A stretch of 64,000 nt of DNA from Octopus bimaculoides (Eukaryota). Position numbers and translations under genes: made by a program. The notes under the pieces are model-generated. The model ran no database searches, was not told where the DNA came from, and was given only the letters and a program-made list of their open reading frames with translations. Positions within the stretch are counted from its first letter, which is position 1. Every line of letters starts with the position of its first letter. Shown in pieces: positions 13,025 through 25,228 of this stretch. The stretch is taken from positions 73,541,406-73,605,405 of the forward strand of contig NC_068985.1 in assembly GCF_001194135.2 (NCBI RefSeq). The letters run 5' to 3'.

Positions 13025-14653
13025 GTAAGGTGTTGGGAACGTTCATATTTTATCGAAATCCGAGCATGAAACCAAGAGGTAACCCTACAAGAGTTGTCAA
13101 AAATATTATTTTTCAACACTCTCTGAACCATTTCTTCTCTTTTTGTTTTTGGTACTGCCTTGTGCAATGGGTTATAAGATTTCGAGGAGAGACGCACAAA
13201 AGGTCATACAATGTTTAGTTATTATTCTTTATGTACTAATTTCTCACTCTTCCAGAATCCCTTTGCCTCTCCATTCTCTCGAGTGAGAAAACCGATACCA
13301 ACAAAGAAATAGATCCGTCCAAACGAAATATACTCCTCTCCTCCCCCTCATTTGAGACATTGTCCATATGATAGAGTTCACTATTTCCGCAGCTTATGAC
13401 CGTCGACCGTAGTATAGATAGTGTGATGGAAAGTATGTTAGCGGTCTTTTGCTTTTTACGTACTCAATTTCAATTTCACTCGAACCAAATTTGTCTTACA
13501 TCCTTCCGAGTTCGGTAAAATGACGAACTAGTCAAGAACTGGACTCTGTTTATTGGACAATAGCCTTCCTCGAAATTGTTTTCCTGAGCCAAAGTTACAA
13601 ATAATATTATTGCTAACGACTGGTGATATTGCATGCTAGCAATCTTACTAAAAGGATTACGTGAAATATAATTTGAATTGTTCATTCCATCAGGAAAGTT
13701 ACCTCTTACTTTTTACCGTTTTGTTGCTTCCGAGAAATTGTAGTTTTGTCATCTCATTTTCTCTTGCTTCAAAAGGAATTTTCTGCCATTCTTTCTCCAT
13801 AAAAATGTTCTTCAGTTTTATCTTCCTTTCATCTCATGTTGTTTGTAAAGGAAAAAAAAAATAGGATGGCAAATGGGAAAATTGCTGGAATTTATGTAAT
13901 TTTTAGTTATGGATATTTCAGTAGACGCTGAGACTTGCAGAAGATGCCCTGAGGAAATATGGTTATCCTATGACTATTACAGATACACAGTGCAGATTAA
14001 GAGTGAAAAGAAGTAGTTTTCTTGTTTGCATGTGATGATTCATTGTTGTACTTATTACACAATACCATGCAAACCTACAAAGCTGTGTGTAACTATAATA
14101 ATTAACAGCAGGAATTCAGCAGGTTTGAAAGTGACTCACTATACCAACATTACATTGAAGAAAGGCGGTATCAATACAGAGAACAACAATATAATCACTA
14201 CATTCTTCACCATCACCCACAACAAACGAGAAAGTCAAAGACTGAGTCACCGTGGTGTTTTTCAACCTAAAAATATAAGGCGCGAATACTATAATATAAT
14301 ACCCAACTGTCTTGATAAGAAAATGATATGTTGGATATTTTAGTCAATACTTGATACGTGAAGGACCATTTTAAAGTCTGCTCAAACTAGGTTGTTTAGC
14401 GACTAAACAAGTGCAACAATACTATTATCTTAGAAAGTTTAATAGTCAGACAATTATGCTTTCTGAGGATAGATACCAGCTGACTGCATATAAACCTAAC
14501 CTGTATACACAGATTTTTGTAGAAATGACCTCCCACAAATGAACGTTCACATATATTGTACGATTTCTCGTCAATGAAGATCAATCTTTCATTTTTATTT
14601 TTCTGACTAAAATACAGAATTAACTAGTTATTATTCAAGTTTTTTCTTTATAG

Positions 14654-14766
14654 ATCATTCTCTTAGAAGGCGTGCTCAAACTCTACCAATCGGGAAGTTT
14701 TGCGAGTCTACTGGACCAGTCAATATGAAAGACAATGAGTTAAAACTGAAATCATTTGAACAATAA
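14654..14766 (+). CDS. Candidate terminal coding exon
   Basis: Acceptor tttttctttatAG; reads HSLRRRAQTLPIGKFCESTGPVNMKDNELKLKSFEQ*. Phase-compatible with candidate exon 13393-13432. Confidence 0.25.
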
Positions 14767-16849
14767 ATATAATATACATTCTTCATACACACATATGTAT
14801 ATATTCGCATTTATAAAAATACAAGTTCTCTCCCTATATATATATGAAATGTTTCGTTTTGGAGTGAAAATGATTTATTTCATACAGTTGATAATTAATG
14901 TTACATGAATATTTCTAACATTATTTTCATTCTATATTGATGAGGATGTAGAAGTTTGGTACTATATTAAAGTCAAAGTTGTAAACTAAATTTGCAGCCC
15001 GAATAACATCTTATTAACTATACGCAGGTGTGTAGCGACTAGTGAGAATGGAGCCTGTCATCTGGGTAAAACAGCAAATATGACATAATGGTTTGATGTA
15101 AACTATCTCGCTAGTATATGTTTGTAAATGCCAACCTATAAATGTATTTGCAGTTTATTCTGTTTTCGATATTAGTGTAAATACTGTTCATCGGAATATT
15201 TTTAGAGATAATTAAAAAGATGTGTAAGTTCAAAAAATGGAAAAATCAAAGGATATATCAAATGAATTTATGGATTATTTGGAGAGCACGTTTGCTAAGA
15301 CGTTTAGAGAAAATATATTTCTAATATATACAAGGAGGGTTTCAACCTGGAATACTTCTGTGTACTTTCTTGCAACTCGAAAAATCTCACAGGAGATAAT
15401 GTCTTAAAGACAAAGGTGGTAACCGCAATATTTTTCAGTATTTCAAAATCAACAGTCATTAATATTTGTAGGTTTATGAGAAAATATAAAACTATTTAAT
15501 GAATTTAATATTTCATTTCATTATATATGAGCTATTAGATATTCATGGTGATACGCAGGTGTGACCTTTATAATTTATGATTTACCCTGTTACCTTATAT
15601 ATAGTGCTTTTTTGTAGGGATACAATGATTGTAAATCCGATTGCATACATTCATATGATAGCAATCAGTAAAAATATCTTCAGATTTGACCATCACCTCA
15701 AACCTTCGAGCAATTTGTATGTTATTGTCTTAAAAACACTGGTTTGTAAAACCCACGTTCTATCTATAAAGCTGATCAAAGTCAACGCATGCTGAAATTT
15801 AAATTCAGAACGTTACTTTTAATGTGTGGCGTGGTGTTAAACATTTATTGAATCAGTTGTTATTTCAGTAAAATTCTTCAACAAAATTAATGCAATATTC
15901 TATCGAATATTCAAATACCTTTTCGATATGTTTTCTGTACAAGTGCCACCAATAGACACGGTTGTACTTTTCACCATTGGAAGTACACGATATATAACAC
16001 TACATAATATTTGCTGCAAGTACAGTAGATTTTTTCTTAGTATCTTAATCTGCGTTTTTCTGGATAATTCTCATATTAGCATAGAAAAACTTTTCATATA
16101 ATATTCTTAAGCATACTTAGAAGAAGCACGATCTCTGAATCTTCAAAACATTATTACTATGACTAAGTTATAAAACAGGACATTTGATAGTACAGGCATT
16201 TTTAGGTGGCATCACAGGGAAATCGATGCAGCACATAGAGTTAAACACTGAAGCCTTTGATACATGTCCTTTATCAAAGATCACCATATATATTCCATTG
16301 AGAGAAACTGATTATTATCTTTAATGAAAATAAAATATGAATATATCCCGTGCAGGTAAACACTTCTACTTGCAGGTGTTCCAGAGTTACGAATATATGT
16401 TAAAATAGCTTCTAAATTATTTAAACATTGATACATGTAAACACTGCGTAAGTTTCCTTCATTGATGATCACAAGCAGTTATGTCACCACGACGTGAAGT
16501 CGGCATAGACATAAAACTATGTTAGTGTTCTTATGACATCGCAAAGGATATGTAATTCATTTAAGTAATGTATACATTTTCTAATAAAGTGTATTAATTA
16601 TGCATAGTAGATTGCCTGTAAGCTGAATTAGGCCGATTAGATTTTGTAATAACAATTTCATATATATAAAGAGTTATTACAACATACGCTCATTCTAGTT
16701 ATATTGATGATACCAAATTACTAAAGAATGTACATGTATAAGAGGACCGAGATGTTATATATAATTTACTCAAGTAAAAATATCTATTCAAAGTTTTCCA
16801 ATACATTGTATCCATGCCAGTACATTCTCCTAATCATTATTATAAGCAA

Positions 16850-17045
16850 TAAGAGTTTCAAAGTTTGGCTCAAGGCCAGCATCTTCAGAGGAGGTGGTAA
16901 TCCCATTTTATCGACTACAGCGCTCAATTAGTACTTATTTTATCGAACCCGAAAAAAGGAAAGGCAAAGCGAGACTCGGCGAAATTTGAACTCAGAACGT
17001 AAATGCCGATGAGATATTACTAAGCATTTTCTCCGGCATGCTTAT
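16850..17045 (-). mobile_element. SINE family A
   Basis: Reverse complement of the family consensus (gaaatttgaactcagaacgtaaa...ctaagcatttt). Confidence 0.75.
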
Positions 17046-18129
17046 TCTAATATGGAAACGATTTTTATCGTAGTATAGAAACAATTTTTACCTGATAGAA
17101 TTTTTATCTCAAATCGAAATCTTGATTATATTATTCTAGGTTCTTTCATGTATTCGTATCCATGCATATTAACAAACACGTAGAAAATTCCTATCTGCAC
17201 ATTTTTAAGTGGCAGAGTAAAACATTTTGGAGGAAATTGCAATAATTTTATTGCGAAGAGGAAGTAACAGGAATAAGAAACGGGTTGATAATATCCGATA
17301 CCCATCAATGAAACTAACAAAATATATTATGATACTTGCAAGATGAAATATTAATTGAACTTCCAAAGCATTAGCAGGCCTGAAGCATAAGGACATACAG
17401 AAAAGTAATTATCATTTATATCTACTGCAATAAACTGTTATTATAAAGGAATAAATAGGCAAATCATTTGTTGATCTATGAAATGAAACATCATTATAAA
17501 TAATATGATAATGTCCGTGTATTAGTCTATTTGCATGTAAGAAAAGAAAGAAGTGTGAGGAAAGGTGGGGAGAAAGGAAACGTTATCGTATAATCTGATG
17601 ATAAACTATATTGTGAAAGTAATGAATGGAAAGTAATATTCAGTTATATACTCTTAATAGCATTTACAGGTGTCATAAATTGATAACACTAGAGGAGACG
17701 GTAGCATAATACAGAAAATTAGTATCTCATTAAAAATATATGAAGAAACCTTCAGACAAGGGCAAATAGTGAAATGCTTTAGAAAAATATAAAGAAAAGA
17801 CGCAGTTCTCCCTTAGTAATATATGTTGCAGCGGAGACGTCAATATTAAAAGGATAAAAATGAGGTGACTTTGAAATATAAGACAATATTGAATTTTATT
17901 TGTGAAGAAACGTACGTTATAAGAACTTCAGAGTATCGGAAGAAAGGGTTTGGTGATTACCGACGTGAAAGGATGAAAACCTCAGAGGAAAATAATTATA
18001 AAATCAATATAAAATCCTTAGAAATATGGCATGCTGATGGTGGCCACTTTAATCATATTCGTAAAAGTTTCACAATAGCTATGTTGTTATCAGTGCTGCG
18101 AAATGTTCATCTATATGCTCAACAATTTC

Positions 18130-18340
18130 TTCTATATTTCATCGACCCCAGTGCTCAACTAGAACATATTTCATAGACCCAGAAAAAGAATGAAAGGTAA
18201 AGTCGAAAAGTCGATCACGGTGAAATTTCAAATCAAATCGTATAGATGGACGAAATGACTTTAAGCATTTTGCTCAGCGTGGTAACGATTCTGCCATAAG
18301 GTGTCACGCAGTGGGAATGAAATCGAAACCATACCCCTGT
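18130..18340 (-). mobile_element. SINE family A copy with an adjacent family B head fragment
   Basis: atcgaccccagtgctcaact...aagcattttgctcagcgtggtaacgattctgcc, followed by aaggtgtcacgcagtggga. Confidence 0.65.
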
Positions 18341-18654
18341 CAGCACCTTGTATGTGCAGATATTAGATCATTTCTGTTTCTGTTAATATTTTATTATTTT
18401 TTTTTCGATTTTGTTCCAATTCTTTTGAATTTTATTGTACCGATGTAGTTTTGTATGCTAATTTTTTTGTCATAAATTAATAAATAAAAACTTAGTAGCT
18501 TTTAAAGTTTGCAAATTTTAGGTAATTTTAGGCCACAGGCATATTGGTTCCTTGCTTCCATACTAAAAAGTGAAAGTGAAGCCTGCTGCCCGAACACTCA
18601 TCTCTACTTGTTCTTTCGGACGACGAATGAAACATTAGCTGTAAGCCTAACCGT

Positions 18655-18782
18655 AAAACCTAATCGTAGCCCCTAACTTTATCCCGAACTGTAAGACAAC
18701 CTTAACCTTAATCCTAAATTAACCCTAAAAACCTAACCCCAAATCTTAACATTAACCTTAACCCTAATCTTAAACCCTAGCA
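18655..18782 (+). repeat. Degenerate (CCCTAA/CCTTAA)-like array
   Basis: cctaacc...aaccttaaccttaatcctaaattaaccctaaaaacctaacccc...taaccttaaccctaatcttaaaccctag. Confidence 0.7.
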
Positions 18783-21261
18783 TAGTTTTTTTTGTAATGT
18801 TTCGGAAAACAATTCATTGATGGATTTTTTTTTTACTTTTTTAAGTCACTAGCCTGTTCGACTCTTTCACATGGCTTTATTAAAAAAAACTTATTAAACT
18901 TCTTACAACTTCCGTCATTGTGATGGTGTGCTTCCATGTTTGATATGAAAAATTAGTCATTGCAATATTTTTCTTTTCATTTTGTTATAGACAGACACCA
19001 GGCAGAAAATGTCAGCTTTCAAATAAACTGTTCTGACCGAGTAAACATGATTAAAATTTAAACCTTTGTAATATTTTTCTATATTCTTTCTAGAATAAAT
19101 AAATCCCAAAACCGGATTGAGCGTGAAAAACTTGCATCAGCATACCAAATTTGAATGTTTTCGTTTAATTTCAAAATTAAAAGTCTGTGATAGTAACACA
19201 AAAGATCCCAGATATTAAATACAGTAGTGGAGCTCTTATGTATAACCGATTGTACGTTTCCCAGGTTTTTGTGGGCGAGAGATGAATATGGCATAAAGAA
19301 ACCCAAATAAAAAAAACAATAATTTATGAACGAAATCTCTCGCCTTTCTCCATACACATTTCACATATAATGGAAATTTGTTGCCATTATATGTTGAATA
19401 TTATATAGGCCTTTGATATCTAGACTGAATAATTCCACACTATAACAGGAACACACACGAAGGAAACGTTTAATGCATTTTAATTGACGTTCTAATATCT
19501 AGGGACATAAATATTGCAGTTAACCATGCAGAAAAAGTCTGCGGAATTAAATGTATAAATATCAAAAAATTTTCAAGAAAACAAGTGAAAGTTGTTTTAG
19601 CTATTATCACAGTATTACATTTATTCCCGACAAAATTTATTTAACGACTGTAACTGTTAGACGTCAAGTACGACATGCATTTTCAAAACATATCTACTGT
19701 CTTTCAAACTTCTCATACTGTTAGGTGTAAGTCATCTTAGACAGTAACAGTCAATTTCCCGAGTAGTTTACATCCCTGATGTGCAATGAATAAACAATAA
19801 TAATAGCAAAGGAGTGGTAGTAATAGTAGTAGTAATAATTACGACAACAATAGCAATAATAATAAATTTATTGTAAAACAGAATGAATGATTTCCTCCAA
19901 AATTACTAGAAGTATGCAAAGAAATATTAAGAGCATTCAGCATCTGCATTTTCTACGTAGATTAGGAATGGACAATTAATCACTTTGGTTATCGTAACTC
20001 AGTTTTATCCGAGGAAGAAAACTAGGGCATTACAAATTTGGTTCTTTCATAGACAGAAAGCTATAACAGTATATCCAATAACTGCCTCTTGCTAAATATA
20101 ACATTGCAGTATAAAGATGCAATTGAAAAAAATCATAGAGAATGGCAGCGTGCCTTTACTTTGAGCTATACTCATTGCTGCGGAGAAGTAGATCAAGTGC
20201 AACGACCAAATATTCTTGTCGAAGACAAAACAAAAACCTTTCCTAACAAACGGTTCTGCATATCTCGAAAAATGAATGCAATTAATTAAAATGAATGACC
20301 TGTACGATGACAAAACTGTGAGGACTGAGAACGTGTGTATTGGCAATTATTACAAAACATACTGAGAAATATTCTAAACACAAGGTCTTACAAATACATG
20401 TATACAACACATTTAATAGTAAATTATATGTAATGCGCATGCATTTTATAGAACAATTTCTATATAATAGAAAACGTAAGACAATAGGAAAACACTGCAC
20501 ATACCCCAAAGACACACGGATTCAGTTGGTTAACTTATGAAAGCAGGAAATATTCATGTCTAACTAAAAAAAATAGTACTCTATCATTTAAAAGAGACGG
20601 AGTGCATATTTGAGAATAGTTTCATACGCTGTCAGGAAAAGAACAATAAAATTGGCAGGATAAGAAGGCTTATGATTATAGATGTGCCCCCAAAAGATTT
20701 AAACAACAAATGCATCATCATTCTGAAATACAATATGTATGCTTCAAAATATCAATTACTTAACACATTGCACAGAAATGAAATGAATTAATAATAGCAA
20801 CATTCATATACATTTCTGGTAAATAACATCCAATATTCGTCTATTTCTAACAGCATTAAAAAAAATGAATGATATACAATAAGAGTATCAATAAGATTTT
20901 ATACTAAAATACATGCCAATATACTGGAGCTCCCTATTACGACTCAACAATTAACCAATGTATATATGTTTTTAAATCATTGTCGTAAATTAAACATTTT
21001 TTATGAGTTACATAAATATGCTTTATCGACAAACATGAAATTAATTCGTGCCGATAATAAGTAGAGCAACACGCACATCAACAAGCTAAGAATAGCAAAC
21101 AAGATTGCAGTCTCACAAAACTCGGCACTGCTTGGAACTACTAACGTTTGTGAGTGGTACTTTATGCTTCTAGTTGAGATAATACGGCTGAATGGAAATT
21201 GCTTAGTATATACCCGGGCAATCCTGAAGTCGCTCTAATGGTATGAGACAATAAAACCTTT

Positions 21262-21625
21262 TACTAAAGGCACAAGTAATGACATTTTGGGGAATGGTAT
21301 AGTAGATTATATCGACTCCAGTGCTCAATTTGTGTTTATTTCATCGACCTCGAAAAGATGAAAGGCAAAGTCGACCTTGGCAGGATTTGAACTCAGAACG
21401 TAAAGAGCGGGAACAATCGGTGCCAGGCATATCGTCTAGCGTATTAAGATTCTGCCAGCTCACCACATTAGAATATTCTTTACTATAATTACCATTTTAT
21501 CGACCCCGAAAGGATGAAAGGTAAAGTCGACCTCTATGGCATTTGAACTTCCAACGTAAAGGACTGACGAAATGCCGTTAAGTATTTTGTTCGTGGGTAG
21601 GAGACAATTCTTCCGATTCACCGCT
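21262..21625 (-). mobile_element. Two tandem SINE family A copies
   Basis: Two occurrences of tcgacc(c/t)cgaaa(a/g)gatgaaagg(c/t)aaagtcgacc...atttgaact. Confidence 0.8.
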
Positions 21626-23564
21626 TGAGAATAATAAAATAGTTGAATACTTAAGATAATAAAATTTGATTTGTGGTGTATGGATTACCATTTACCATGT
21701 AAAAAAGCAAAATATATTAATTGAAGATTCTATAAAGAAGAAGAAAGAATATATTTATCGATACTGAATCTTTTCGTGCTGGCAACGAGATCGAATGTAT
21801 CGATCTATATGGAAGCAAGATGGAATTTAAGTCAACATTCCTGAAATTAAGAAGATGAAGGTGTTAGAAACTATTTGACAGAGGAGGCTAACAATGGAAT
21901 TTTCATGCACCAATATGTTTTTTTTTACACATGTTCAGATGCACTATACAAGTTTTTCATTAAACCCTTGTCTGACGGGGAAAATTTTCGTAGTTCAAGA
22001 ATTTCTGGACGCCAGAAGTTAATTAGCTCAACATCATTCCGAATTAATTCTGTTCAGGTTTTATGTTACTACGTATTTTCATGATGTTTCTTGCATTAAG
22101 TGAGTATGAATGCATAAGTGTTTGTATTCTTTGGCAAATCACGAATACCATTGTCATATGACACTTACGGTAAAATGGCCTTTTAAAATATTTTTTTGAA
22201 ATTGCCAATATAATCAGCACAAATACTCTCCTCTTTTAAAACCCGAAACTATTTCAAATCTCCGTGCTAAAGCTGGGAGATGAATAGTTCTAATTTTCTC
22301 TTGAGTATACTGACGTCATTTATTCAGTTAATTCTTGCTTGCAGTTTCAAATGTTAATTCTTGCTTGCAGTTACAAATGCGATTATTGCCATAGCTGGTA
22401 ACATCGACAAAATATCATAACCAGAATGGCTCTCTGTTCCAGTTGACTGTTTCCTCTTTCAGGTAATTATAAACAGTATTTAGCAGTTTTTAAAATAAAT
22501 TTAGAATTTGCTCGCTAAAGCCAATAACTTCAACTAATAATTCCAAGTGAGCTCTCTCTCTCTCTTCGAGTAGCTAATTGTTTTCCGTCTTCCAGGTAAT
22601 TATTAACAGTATGAGCTGTGTTTTGCTTAAAATAAACTCAGAACATGGTCCCTGCACAATGATAGATATGGCCATCATCTTCAAAATCTAACGTTCCATA
22701 ATATTCTCCAAATTCGTATGAGTTTATTAATTTTAATTTATATTTCCTAACCTTTAGCAACACACCTCGAATATAACATTATGAACAGAGCAATATTTAA
22801 GTGTTTGATAAAAGAAAGTTGCTCCTCCGATGTTTCTACTTGTCAGCAATACCACCCAGTAAAAAAGCCACTGACGTATTCACAGACGTTTATTAGTTGA
22901 TTAATCAAACAAATTTCCTCCTTTAATTTTTTCATAAAATAACTGAAGAATGACAAGCAGCTCAAAGGTGCTAAAATTATGAACACTTCATATAATAAAA
23001 CTAACTGACATTGGTATAAGTGCAAATACGTAAATGGGATTGTAGTTGCTCATATACATCCCAATAAGATTCATTTGCGAGCACGTATATGTTTGCATTA
23101 GTAATCTAACCTTTTGTATTTTCATCATTTCTTTTATCACCAGGCTTGCACAACTATTTTATCTTTTTCTTTCTTTCATTCTCTTAATCACGATATCTTA
23201 CTCAGCTCTCCAAAATAGTTTCATTCTTCCTATATTGTGCAGTGGTATTTTGTCCTTAAATGTGTATTATATTACGGTTGTGTCTTCGTTATATCAGAAG
23301 CTATTTTCGCAAAATAGCAAGGGCCTTAATGTTGACTCACTCTACATAGGAAGTAATTTATCGCATTATTACTGAAACAGTATAAGGTGGTAAACTGGCA
23401 GAATAGTTAACGCCAGATAACATATAAGTAGGATTTGTCCTAGCTTTATTTTCTCTGTTCAAAATTCACTAAGGTGGTTGCCTTTGCCTTACTTTTGATA
23501 AAATACGCACCAGGTGAGCATGAGGTCGATGAAAGCGACTAGTCCCTTACCCCATAATTACTGT

Positions 23565-23630
23565 AGCCTCGGGCCGACTAAAGCCATGTGGGTGGATTTG
23601 GCAGACGGAAACTGAAAGAGACCCGTAGTA
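23565..23630 (+). mobile_element. Core segment of SINE family B; its probable 3' half lies at 25055-25228
   Basis: gcctcgggccgactaaagccatgtgggtggatttggcagacggaaactgaaagagacccgt followed by (TA)n. Confidence 0.7.
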
Positions 23631-23647
23631 TATATATATATATATAT

Positions 23648-25028
23648 GGGAGAATATACAAATAATAACAACAGATGAGGACAGGTGGTGTAAATAACAA
23701 AAGTATATATTAGTATGACGCTCGGGAATACGGAAAGTCTTTGACGTTTCGAGCTACGCTCTTCAACAGAAAGAATACGGAGACAAGGAGAAAAACACGG
23801 AGAAAAAAAATTGAATAGTGTTCAGTCAACGGTCAATCATAATAATGGCCGATCATAACAATGAATGACCGGAAGTTAGAAATTCTTATTTCAGGAGAGC
23901 TAAGAAAGGGGGAGATAACAAACGGTGATCGGGAACGAGGGGCTGTGTGTGGGAGGTAGAATGCTGGTGATCTTGNNNNNNNNNNNNNNNNNNNNNNNNN
24001 NNNNNNNNNNNNNNNNNNNNNNNNNNNNNNNNNNNNNNNNNNNNNNNNNNNNNNNNNNNNNNNNNNNNNNNNNNNNNNNNNNNNNNNNNNNNNNNNNNNN
24101 NNNNNNNNNNNNNNNNNNNNNNNNNNNNNNNNNNNNNNNNNNNNNNNNNNNNNNNNNNNNNNNNNNNNNNNNNNNNNNNNNNNNNNNNNNNNNNNNNNNN
24201 NNNNNNNNNNNNNNNNNNNNNNNNNNNNNNNNNNNNNNNNNNNNNNNNNNNNNNNNNNNNNNNNNNNNNNNNNNNNNNNNNNNNNNNNNNNNNNNNNNNN
24301 NNNNNNNNNNNNNNNNNNNNNNNNNNNNNNNNNNNNNNNNNNNNNNNNNNNNNNNNNNNNNNNNNNNNNNNNNNNNNNNNNNNNNNNNNNNNNNNNNNNN
24401 NNNNNNNNNNNNNNNNNNNNNNNNNNNNNNNNNNNNNNNNNNNNNNNNNNNNNNNNNNNNNNNNNNNNNNNNNNNNNNNNNNNNNNNNNNNNNNNNNNNN
24501 NNNNNNNNNNNNNNNNNNNNNNNNNNNNNNNNNNNNNNNNNNNNNNNNNNNNNNNNNNNNNNNNNNNNNNNNNNNNNNNNNNNNNNNNNNNNNNNNNNNN
24601 NNNNNNNNNNNNNNNNNNNNNNNNNNNNNNNNNNNNNNNNNNNNNNNNNNNNNNNNNNNNNNNNNNNNNNNNNNNNNNNNNNNNNNNNNNNNNNNNNNNN
24701 NNNNNNNNNNNNNNNNNNNNNNNNNNNNNNNNNNNNNNNNNNNNNNNNNNNNNNNNNNNNNNNNNNNNNNNNNNNNNNNNNNNNNNNNNNNNNNNNNNNN
24801 NNNNNNNNNNNNNNNNNNNNNNNNNNNNNNNNNNNNNNNNNNNNNNNNNNNNNNNNNNNNNNNNNNNNNNNNNNNNNNNNNNNNNNNNGGGGGAGGGGAG
24901 AGATGGGTGGTAGGAGGGAGGGTGGGGGAGAGAGACAAGAGGAGGGGGTTAGATGAAGAGTGGAGGGGAGTTGAGCCCATGTGGCGCAAAGGAGCGAAGA
25001 TAGAAGATTAATCCCTGTTCACGGCGCA
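23648..25028 (-). mobile_element. 5'-truncated Penelope-like element inserted in (TA)n, partly in a gap
   Basis: The minus strand begins with (L)RREQGLIFYLRSFAPHGLNSPPLFI*, resembling the C-terminus of PLE GIY-YIG ORFs. A minimal hammerhead-like motif lies near the other end. Both flanks are (TA)n. Confidence 0.65.
23738..23774 (-). ncRNA. Minimal type I hammerhead-like motif
   Basis: ucuuu-CUGUUGAA-GAGC gua GCUC-GAAAC-GUC-aaaga: 5-bp stem I, 4-bp stem II, palindromic ACGU stem III and a GUC triplet. There is one core substitution (A6 to U). Confidence 0.55.
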
Positions 25029-25054
25029 ATATATATTTATATATATATATATAC

Positions 25055-25228
25055 ATACACTTGAAAACTGATGTTGGTGTGTTTAAGTGCCAGCAACTTA
25101 GCGATTCGGAGAAAGACACTAGGGTTACAAAGAATACGTCGTGGGGTCGATTTCTTCGACTAGAGGCGGCGCTTCAGGAGGGCCGCAGCCAAAATTACTG
25201 AAACAAGTAAAAGAATAAAAGAATAAAT
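25055..25228 (+). mobile_element. 3' half of SINE family B
   Basis: gatgttggtgtgttt...ggggtcgatttcttcgactagaggcggcgcttcagg...ctgaaacaagtaaaagaataaaagaataaa. Confidence 0.75.
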
